A stretch of DNA of 64,000 nucleotides, from the NCBI GenBank assembly GCA_051362555.1, contig CM120649.1, positions 18,924,567 to 18,988,566 on the forward strand, in the 5' to 3' direction. The position numbers and the translations under genes are program-made. How positions within the stretch are numbered: position 1 is the stretch's first letter; the number at the start of each line of letters is the position of its first letter. The stretch is from Lingula anatina (lineage: Eukaryota; Animalia; Brachiopoda). Positions 53,901-64,000 of the stretch are shown here, in pieces. The notes beneath the pieces are model-generated. The model saw only the letters and a program-made list of their open reading frames with translations, was not told the DNA's origin and searched no databases.

Positions 53901-54650
53901 TAGATTTCAGAAATGAATACATAGAGATCAGGCACTTTTATTTGAGGGGTTGTGTAGTCTTTCTGTTTGTTTGACTGTTTGTTTTTTAATTGTGCATTGG
54001 GACGAAAAAAAACTTTGGAAGATAGAATTTAAATATAACTTAGAGACAGATATGATGTAATATACCTAAAGGTGTGTGTTATCTGGAAACAGTAGGTAGA
54101 AGATCGTATTATGTGAATAAACATAATTTTACTTTTCTCTAGCTGGAAGATACAGAAGATGTTTAATGGGCATATACCAATGAACGGCATATCGCCAACG
54201 ATGCACTGGTAAGAACTTTATAACTTCCCTTGTATTGTTTTTCTGCGTGGGTTTGACCGAAAAGCCAGTGTGAACTGTTTACACCATATATGCAATTTGA
54301 AAATTAAAAATAAACGTAATGCGCTATTTTACTCATATGTACCTTTTATGAAATAAGAATACAGTTGGAGTGCCCATGCCTCTCTATTGTTCGCCAAGAT
54401 TAAACAATATTTTATATAATTTCCTTGGGGTCCATTTGTCCTTTCGAATTTTCGTTTCAGGAGTGAGTTAAAAAGATGTTGCGGAAATGACGTCATGGGT
54501 TCATATATGACATGCGTGGAACAGCAACGGGAAGTTCCGGTTGTGTACCAATGTCTGAGGGGGCAATGCCCGCACGGTTATAACGGCCCTCGGCTCAAAA
54601 TATTCTGGGTAAACATTCCAGTTGCTTGCCTGTGCAAAAACATTGGATAA
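50936..54650 (+). CDS. Secreted Pro/Thr-rich protein with C-terminal IL-17-like cystine-knot domain, ~374 aa
   Basis: Exons 50936-51804, 54143-54208 and 54461-54650 splice in frame (1125 nt), with an optional microexon at 51927-51929. Signal-peptide-like N-terminus. C-terminus ..SPTMHWSELKRCCGNDVMGSYMTCVEQQREVPVVYQCLRGQCPHGYNGPRLKIFWVNIPVACLCKNIG*. Confidence 0.75.
52764..53652. mobile_element. Non-autonomous PIF/Harbinger element in the intron of the IL-17-like gene
   Basis: Perfect TIR AGCCTCGGTCACAACCG / CGGTTGTGACCGAGGCT, with TTA TSD at 52761-52763 and 53653-53655. Confidence 0.85.
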
Positions 54651-55964
54651 TGGTGACAAGGAAATCATAAAATCTGAACATACAGTAGCGTGCCATGATT
54701 TTCACTCGTGGTGATCAGTGACCTAAATACGTCACCGTTCTTTGTTTTTTCCTGCACCACTTTCCAAATTAAATCGAATTATTACAGTGATTAATTCACA
54801 AACGTGCACGTTACTGCAGCAGATTCCAGGTGCATTAGATAGCGCCTGCACGTTTGTTTGCCGGTGACGTGTCATTAGGGCGAGATCTTTCTTTGTAATT
54901 GAAACACTCTGCTCGAGAACAATGAACTCACGTCGCAAGGCGTCATGGCACTTCGAAAGGATTGCCGTTGTTCAAATACCTGGCTGACGTAGCTGCACGG
55001 ACAAAAATGCTGTCTTTATATAGAGGCCGTTCCGACATTTAATAAAGAGGTGGAGTTCGGGCCACGGAATAAGATGGTGCCTACATGTACTTTAACCTGG
55101 TCCCTCCGACAAAGGGAGTAAAAACATTATAACAGGCTGCTCACGTGGTTTATTGATCACCTGGTTCAATACTGCATAGGAAAACATTTGAGGTGATTGT
55201 CAACAAGTATGAATATTTTGTAACAAAAAATTACATGTAGTCTTTTAAATTAAAACAATATTGCATATTATTACTATGTGTATTCAAGCCACTTCATCTA
55301 CAAATTATCTTTGCACAACTCATCTGAAACTTCAAAATTAATTACCAGAAATTAATTACCAGAAAATATGATCAAATTCCAGTCAAATTATTCTATATTG
55401 TAATATCAGCCTGTAGCGATATGTATACTTTCTGTGAGCGTAGCTTCTAAAAGCAGTGCATTGCTTCAAAGCTTATACATCTTAATATTACCATTCCATT
55501 CACAAGATTTGATTCCAGCATAAAGATCTATATAGATTTAGACATAGGAATTTGTTTTTAGCTTTACGAGTATACCCACATCGAGGGCAATCAAGTTTTA
55601 TGTTAAAATATGTTTTGGGTTGAATGAGACATACTTTGGGTAATACATTCTGAAATTTGCCACTCACCCTCGCACTAAAAGTGCTCTACGATATACTTTC
55701 CTGTGGTTGTTTCTATTCTAGGTTTAGTGAACACAGAAAGTACCATATTCTTAATTTGCTACATTCAGCTTACCTTCCGTTCTATCTATCTAAACATCTA
55801 GGACTTTGTTTCAGCTCTAAGAATTTGCCAATACCGAAAGTTTATAATGTACAGTACAATCAAGTTCACAAGTATAACTTACTCATGCACATGTAAAACT
55901 ATTTGTTCCCATTTTTTTTTTTTTTAAAGACCTTTCGGAACTATATGTAAATCTGTAACGTGAG

Positions 55965-56327
55965 TTACTCAAACTTAAATCTACTATACAGTGGGACATT
56001 CGCCTTAAAGGCATATCGTTTTTCGTGAAGAATATCTCTAAGAGCGGCCATGGTTTTCTCTGCCTGGTGGGATCTAAAGCCATGGTAGATACTGTCCAAG
56101 AGCCAACGCACACCCTCCTCCTTGTCCCCACTCTGTAACTGTGTACGGGCGTACTCTAAATTCGCTTGGTTGACCATGTTTCCTGATCGGCCGGGAAGCT
56201 CTCTGGTCAGTGCCATGAGGTCATCGTCAGGCAGCAGCAAAAGTTCGTCAGATAATCTAGAAGAAATAAGAGAAGAAACGAAAGGAAAGAAAGGATAAAT
56301 GGCAGCACGATTATACACAGTCTTACT

Positions 56328-56397
<70 letters not shown>

Positions 56398-59300
56398 CGT
56401 AGCTGAAGACTGTGCTATAAGGTATTATAATCACTAAAAACATGACAGTTTGATCATGCTTATTATCCCTACTTAAATTTATGGTTCATGTACTCATTAT
56501 TTTGATTGTCATACTCCCCGATCAAGTGATAACGATGTGTATGTCACTTGGCAACAAGCTGACGTGTTTCACACCACTCCAACACGTCCATGCTGTAAAC
56601 GTACCACTAGTAAGCAGTAAAGCTTGCAAACGCTTTTGCTTTACTTGATATATAATTTCTTTGAATTCTTTTAATTACTTGATGTAATTTGCCTAATGCG
56701 ATCTACATCCTCTTTGAAACATTATTAACCGAGTGTGTTTTACCGATTATCAATTTACCTCAGATACTTCCCAAGTTTTGGCAACCCGATATCATGAATG
56801 GCACCGCAAAAGACATAAAACTCGTAGTCGGTTTTCCCTTGAAGAATGTGCAGTAGCAGTTTCACCTTCTCATGGACCACGGGCTCATTTTCCACGGCAA
56901 ATGCCTCCTCATTGTCAAGCACGTCACCATGAAGTAGCCGTTGAACAATATTGTCCACGCCTTGGAACTTGCTATATATTCCGTTTATGAGGTCTGGGCC
57001 GTGTCTCTTTAACGCTTGAATGTGCCATATTTTTATATTACCTAGAATGAATAAAGTATTTGTATAGTAATGGCAATGGTTATAGTTATTGAAGATTGCC
57101 GAAATTAATTGATAACTCTTTTAAAGCCAGAGTTAATGTTTTATATAAATGGGCATGGACATCCTTGAAAATCTTTGTTAAAATGCTTACAGCATATATT
57201 ATTGTTGCACAAAGTTTAATTCAACGGGTCACTTACTTGGCTTGCAATTGAAAGGCATCTTAATAGGATTATTAAGGCTGAGATGCCACAGAAAGATAAT
57301 TTTACAACACACAGATATGGCACTGTGAAGTTATCGTTGGTTTAGCCATCCCAAGATTAATTTGAAAACAAACAGAAAGGTGCAAATATCAAAGAAAGTT
57401 GTAAGAATCGGATAACCGATTTCTTGTTTATTTTGATTAATGTAGACTTAAGCGGCCCATTTGCGTGATCTTTTATGTGAGGAGGGAGGATTGCGAGGAA
57501 AATTGATTGACACTTCAACGGCGTGGCTGTTTTGTAGTTAGCATTCCGTAGGAATAGACATTTTTTGCGACACTCCTTTGTGCTTTTATGACAGTTCAGA
57601 CACCACATTGTATAATAACGTCAAGTTACTTATAGATGTTCAGTGATTTTGTAGAGGAAATTCAGCTTTCCAGGATAAAAAAAGAATAATTGACATCCAC
57701 GAAAGCCAGCAATGTGAGTTTTTATGATTGCTCTGTTGTGTAAGTTAGTTTAACATTCTTAATGCAGTTTAAAATTGTTTGTAACACTCGGTTTTATTTA
57801 AGAAGACTTATTTATGTTCTTTTTTGTTTGTTTTCGTTTTAGTCAGAACCATTGGACTACAAGTACATGCGTTTCTGATGCTGGTTATTGAAATAAACAT
57901 ACAGAATATTAATCAAGACTTTATTGTTTTCACTTAAGATCCGTGGGATCTTACAAAAGTGCTAACTGTTGACAATTTTTCACAGCAACTGTCTTCTTCT
58001 TTTTTTTTTTTTTTTGCCATTTTAAGCCTCATAGACAAACTTTGTGCAGTGTGCTCTTACCTTCCTCATCTGAGCGTGGGAAGTAGAAATCCGCCGAGTA
58101 CATGACCACCGGACCCTGGCGAGAGTCGCAATGCCTGTATGGTACGGGCCTGTTAAGCAGCTCAGCTGGTACGGGCCTGTTAAGCAGCTCAGCTGGTAGA
58201 CTACGTGTTGGAGGATTGTTGTGTTCGTTGACGCAGTGCGGGCAAACAATGAAATCATCACGTGGACTTCCCGGGCACTCGCGCTTCATGGTCTCGAGAT
58301 AGGTACAATACAGGTCATTGGCGGCCCGTTTCAACATGATGACGTCTTTGCCCCTGACGGCGACTTTTATCACGCCATTGTCTTGTTGGTTTGTTATTTT
58401 TGTTTTGTTGGCTTGTCTTGGCAACGTGTACCTTTCGAGCAGTACCTGGACATTGGTGAACTGCGCACAGGCGCCATCTTTCCAGTCAATCCTGCTCCTT
58501 TCATTTCCCATGTGGAGGGCGTGGTGGAGAAGGACTGCGCTGCGCTCATAGAGGCCAGTTGGGCAAAGGTCCGGGAAGTGAAACTCTAAGGTAATCTGGA
58601 CGTCATCTTTAGGCGCAAAATCCGGCCAATTCACTGAGAGATCCGGCGGACGGGATTCCGTCAGTAGCCATGGCACGTGGAGCTTGTCTGTCGTCTTTGC
58701 CTTAGCATCTTTGCTTTCACGACCTTTGACCACGTAACCAATCTCGAATTTCGTCAGGAGGTCTATCATTGCATTTACATCGGCTCTTTCGAGCTTGAAT
58801 TCCTCCCACAAACATTCCAACATGGGTCTACTGATGACACCCTTCTGCAACACGTCCTGCCTGTCGGCTTTAAACCTCTCCTCTGTGTATCGGTTGCGGA
58901 AAGGAAGTTTATTGTACATGAGAAATTCTTCCATGTTGTTTCGCAATACTGCTTTCAGAAAACCGATGATGACATCATGCTTGTGGAAGACGAGTTCACG
59001 AAGGTCATTCTTGCTCTCTGCGTACCAATGCACTCCACCTGTATCACGGAGATAATGTAAGATATCCTCAGGCTTGCTGGCTTGTGCTGGGTTGGCTGGG
59101 CTGGCGTCTGACGGCGACGGAATCAGATCAGAAAGTTTAAGAAAAAGTTCACTTTTCTTGAACTTGGCTTCTTCAATTTCTTCAATCTTCTGCAGCCACG
59201 ATTCAGGGATTGTTTTCTTCTTCTTTTCGGCAGCATCTGTCAAATATACTTCAATCTCTTTGATGCCCTCTCCCGTACTGGAACTAACGATATAAATCTT

Positions 59301-62300
59301 CTTGACGATTGCTGGTGGGGTATCTCGTAATTCTTTGAATTTCTCCAATTTCTCTGTGTAAGCTTTTCTTAACGCTTCGTCAACGTTCTCTTCTTCCTTC
59401 TTTCCTTTAATTTTAGTGACAGCCACTTCAAGTTTATCCTTCCTGTTTTGAAGGTGTTTTCTGACAGCATCTTCAACTTCTTCTCGCTTGCTATTCACTT
59501 CTTCAAACCCCAGCAAATCTGAATGTGTTCCAACCAACGCTATGGTTGTCTTAGGTGTTCTAGAATAAATATTATCAATCCAGTCGCCTATCTGAACTCC
59601 AAAGTCATCCCTTATGCGTAGACGTAGGTCGAAGACTAATAGTGCTAAAGCCTGCACAGTCAGAAATAAACTGTATGCAACTTTGTATATGTCGTGCCCA
59701 CCAAAGTCGTTGATGTTCAAAAACACGTTCTCTCTCGGCTCCCACAACTGCTGCTCCACCACGTGGGTTCGGTTAGCCTTTGACGTCAGAGATGGTTGCC
59801 TGGCGACCAATGATTTCACAAGGCTTGTTTTCCCGGTTTCAGTTTCTCCAAGCACGTTGACTTGCAATCTTGACGTTGATGCTGACTCTGAATGCGCTAA
59901 GTCATCCAAGTATCGGGCTATGGCAGAGCTTCCTCTCGCCACCACCTCTGGCGGGGGTTGGACCAGTTCGGGATTATCTTTCACATTCACCTTGGCTACA
60001 TCCATTATGAACCTCAAATCTGTTGGCAACTTTGAGATTTTGTTACCGTCCAGGCGTGCCTGTCGAAGATGACTCAGGGAGCCCATCTCTGGTGCAACTC
60101 GTTCCACTTTGTTTTTGGAAATGTCAAAAAGTTTCAAATGCCGCATTTGCTTGATCTCTTTTGGGATCTCTTTAATGTTGTTGTGATTGAGATCCAGGTG
60201 TTCAAGCCTGAATAAGCTGCAGATCTGTGTGGCAATTTCTTGCAGCTCGTTTTCCATGAGATTGAGCTCTTTCAGGTTCTTGAGGTCTCGTATATCTGCT
60301 TTGACTTCTGTGATGCTATTTCCTCCCAAAAGCAAGTGTTCCATATTCAGCAATGTGAGCACTGACGACGGCAATTCTTTCAGCTGGTTATTAGAGAGGT
60401 TAAGCCGCTTCAGGCTGCCAAGCGCTTGTATTTCTGGTTGAACTTCCGCTATTTGGTTGCGACTCAAGTCAAGTGTCTCTAGCCTTTTCAGATGAAACAG
60501 TGGTTCAGGTATTTCAGTAAAAAGGTTTTCGCACAGGTTTAAGTGCATGATGTTTCCAAGCGATTGGAACTTTGATGGCAATGTCACAAGTCCATTCTTT
60601 CTCACGTCCAGATTCTCAAGTTTTTTCAGTCGCCGCAATTTACTGGGTAGAGATTTCAATTCATTGTCAGAGGCATTCAGCTTCTTCAGGTTCACTAAAT
60701 GCCTCACTTCCGGAGGAATTTCTTTGATGGAGCACTTGAAGAGAGACAACTCTTCCAAGGACCCGAGGCTAGACAATGGCAAAGACGAGAATGACCCAGA
60801 TAATGAATTTTCAGAGATGTAAAGCTTGCGGAGGCTGGTAAGCCGCTTGACATCTGGGCTTACGTCCTTGATACTGGTCTTACTGAGGCTTAGCTCCTCC
60901 AGGGTTTCAATGTCACAGATGTGCTGTGGGAATGACTTCATTGTGTTACCAGAGAGGTAGAGCTTCTCCAACTTTGTGAACTGTGCAACTTGGAATGGTA
61001 TGTCTGTTAAGCCGCATTGCTTCATTTCCAACTCCTCCAGAGAAATCACCGTGCAAACCTCTACCGGGAATGATGAGAACGCGTTCCTGGACAAGTACAG
61101 GCGTTTCAAGTGGCGCAATTTTCTGATTTCGTCTCTGACCCGTATCAGTTTCGTGTTCCTCAGGTTGAGCTCCTCCAATGTTCCAATCCAGCAAACTGGC
61201 AAAGGGAACTCTGTCAGCTTGTTGAAGGAGAGGTCTAGTGACTTCAGGCGCCTTAGTTTCTTCACCTCAAATGGCACGTGCCTGAAAACGTTGCAGCTTA
61301 AATTAAGTACCTCCATCTGCAGAAGATTGCATACTGTCATGGGAAAAGCGTACAGCCTATTTCTGGAAACGTTAATTTTTTTCAACATAGTGGGCAACTT
61401 GAAGGGTACTTCCTTAATGGCATTGTCGCTGATGTCTAGCTCTTCAATGGTATCCATGTCAGATAACACGGATGGAAATTCTTTGAGCTTGTTTCTAGAT
61501 AGATTCAGTCTTTTCAAGGCCTGAAGTTGCTTGATCTCTGAGGGAACTGTCGTAATGTTGTTGTGACTGAAGCTTAAGTCCTGGAGAGCTCCCAAGGAAC
61601 ACACCTGCAGTGGAAACGTGTCGGTCCTATTTCTTGATAAATTCAACTTTTCCAACAGCTTCAAGTGCACGAATTCCTCAGGCACTGAACTTATGTCATT
61701 GTTGCATAGACTCAGATCACGAAGTGACTCCATCTGACAAAGATGCAACGGAATTTCGGTGAGTCGATTCCACGAGAGGTCGATCTTTTCTAAATTTTGA
61801 AGTAATTTAATTTCTGGTGGTATGTGGGTGATGTCATTCTTTATCAGAAGGAGCTTTCGTAGACTTGACAGCTGAAGAACTGCTTGTGGGAATGCTTCCA
61901 AATGGCACCAGGAGAGGTCCATAGACTCAAGGCAGCTCAGTTGCTCTATCTCACCTGGGACGTCTTTGATCTTGTTGTTGTTCAGGACAAGATCTTCCAG
62001 CTCTGTTAGCTGACAAACGTCCAGTGGGAAGAATTCTAACTCATTCCGGGCTAGATTTAACCTCTTCAGGTTACTAAGGTCTTTAACTTCTGGTGGAACG
62101 GTTGCAATTCTGTTGTTGTTTAAATTCAAATGTTGGACAGAGCGGAGTATGGGTATATTGGTTGGGAATTTGTTAATCTTATTCCCAGAGAGGTCTAATG
62201 TATGCAGTTTGCGGGAAAAGCATTCCTGCTTTAAGTCCCTTGCCCTAGAGAGATTTTCTCCGGGAGTGCTTGGGGATGAAACATGCCCTGTCACAATACT

Positions 62301-64000
62301 GGATACTTGAGCATTCTCTGGTGGAATACCGGATACTGGAGCACTCTCTGGTGGAATACCGGATACTGGAGCAATCTCTGGTGGAATACCGGATACTGGA
62401 GCCTTCTCTGGTGGAATTCCGGTGATTGGAGCATTCTCTGGTGGAATACCAGAGACTGGAGCATTCTCTGGTGGAGTACCAGAGACTGGAGCATTCTCTG
62501 GTGGAATACCGGATCGGGGAGCATTCTCTGCTGGAATACTGGAGACTGCAGGATTCTCTGGTGGAATACTGGAGACTGGAACATTCTCTGGTGGAATACT
62601 GGGAATTGGAGCATTTTCTGGTGGAATACTGGGGACTGGAGCATTCTCTGGTGGAATACTGGGAATTGTGTCTTCTGCTGGTGAGATATCTTTGATGTCG
62701 TTGCTGCTCAAATTGAGAACTTCTAATGCCCCTATCTTACATAAGTACGGGGGCAATTCATTCAACAAATTCCACGAAAGATCAACTTTTTTTAATTTCT
62801 TGTAAGAGCGTATTTCGGGAGACACGTTGGATATCTTGTTTTTCCTTAAATCCAAAATTTCCAGATTGTCCAAGACACCACCTGGTGGCGGGAAAGACCC
62901 CAAAGCATTTCTGGATAGATCTAAATGTTTTAAATTTGTAAGCTTTTTAATTTCTTTTGGCACCGATTGAATACCAGTCTTCGACAGGCCAAGTTCCTGT
63001 AAATTGGTCAGCTCACACAATGGCAATGGGAATTCACAAAGCTGGTTTTGGGACATGTCTAACTCTGTTATTTTGGTCAGTTGCTTTATTTTCTTTGGTA
63101 CCTCTTTGATTTTGTTGCCCTTGATGGAAAGTCTCTCCAGAGCTGGCAAGTCACATATGGATTCAGGAAATGTTTGCAGACATGAATTGGAAACATCAAG
63201 TCGTTTTAGTCCTTTGAGGTTAATTGTCTCTGGGGGGAAGTTAACATGAGAACTGCACACATTATATAGACGGATTTTTTTGGGTGAAGGCATATCGCAT
63301 GAGGAATCTTCATCTTCAATTCCTGGTGACATATGTACTTCGAAACCACTGTTTTCTCCATCACATCCATTACTTGATGATTGATAAAAAAAGTCACCAA
63401 AGTCATTTTCGTCGTCACATCCGTTATTTGATGATTGATAAGATAAGTCACTCAAGTCGTTTTCTTCATCACATCCGTTGCTTAATGCTGGATTAGACGA
63501 GTCAGAATCAGAGTCTTCTGGTGATGAGTTGTCCGATGACTCACAATGATAACCAGACTCGGCCGTTTCCATCCCTGCTGATTCAGCACTATACAGAACT
63601 TCTTCACTGACACCAGTATCCAATTGTACCTTTGATGCATCTGAAACGAAACCACTGTGCCCTTTTCCTGACAAGTTACTATGCGATGTGCTTGCGTCTT
63701 CCCCATCATTGCGTCCTGCAGCATGATCTGTGTTTCGTTCTTCACGCTCTGTTCGGAATATAGGGGCAGGTAACAGGCCACTGGAACCGGCGTTTTCAAT
63801 TTCCACTTGTGACAGATCTATCGTATGGTACCCAAAATCTGCCGAGTGTTCCGAGTCAATGATGATGGGTGCTGTCTTCAGGGAATTTGGTGGTACGCCG
63901 ATCAGAGGATTGCCGCTGATATCCAACTCCTCTAGAGAACGCAGCGCACACACCTCTGGTGGAAGGCAGTGGAATTTGTTACCAGCAATGTTTAATTTCC
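55965..64000 (-). CDS. ROCO-family protein (LRR-ROC-COR, MFHAS1-like) with C-terminal CARD-like and second death-fold-like domain; 5' end outside the window
   Basis: A giant exon (58061 to beyond 64000) is open to the window edge. It has dozens of LxxLxLxxN repeats, P-loop GETETGKTS, G3 DFGG, G4 VGTHSD and COR. It splices in frame to 56759-57041 (IQALKRH..LINGI..VDNIVQRLLHGDVLDNEE..EKVKLLLHILQGK..FYVFCGAI) and then 55965-56256 (helical domain, stop). Confidence 0.92.
56330..56394. repeat. (TA)n microsatellite
   Basis: Read directly. Other simple repeats: (TA)n at 10672-10707, poly-A at 35157-35198, (GT)n(GA)n at 48129-48195. Confidence 0.95.
62311..62670 (-). repeat. Coding 30-bp minisatellite, 12 copies (IPPENAPVSG-type) within the LRR region
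   Basis: GCATTCTCTGGTGGAATAC-like units recur every 30 bp from 62311 to 62641. Confidence 0.95.

Noticed and set aside
62283-62805. Repetitive ORFs on other frames and strand (WWNTG.., LVEY.., FHQR..)
   Set aside because: Shadows of the 30-bp coding minisatellite in the ROCO exon.

Overview
This is AT-rich, intron-containing animal DNA, probably from a marine invertebrate (inferred from gene families and repeats), not prokaryotic. The left 19 kb is a transposon graveyard: a minus-strand LINE interrupted twice by younger LINEs, a 5.96-kb TIR element with a 5-bp TSD carrying MITEs and a 344-bp tandem array, an RTE fragment and a decayed Tc1 (DD34E). Five protein-coding genes could be spliced by hand. 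(1) An ankyrin-TIR-coiled-coil gene (-), built from tandemly duplicated one-repeat-per-exon cassettes, with an orphan paralogous exon 8 kb downstream. (2) A complete 8-exon SLC5A7/CHT1-like choline transporter (-), whose exon-2 splice donor is amplified into a 17-copy 53-bp minisatellite and whose stop is followed by a 74-codon in-frame extension. (3) A 4-exon SMB/Cys-rich surface protein (+) with an N-terminal TM and a C-terminal GPI-like tail. (4) A secreted Pro-rich protein ending in an IL-17-like cystine knot (+), absent from the ORF track, with a candidate 3-nt microexon. (5) The 3' part of a giant LRR-ROC-COR gene (-) ending in a CARD-like domain and a second putative death fold. Genes 1, 4 and 5 together suggest an innate-immune neighbourhood. 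All gene models come from manual reading and lack transcript support.
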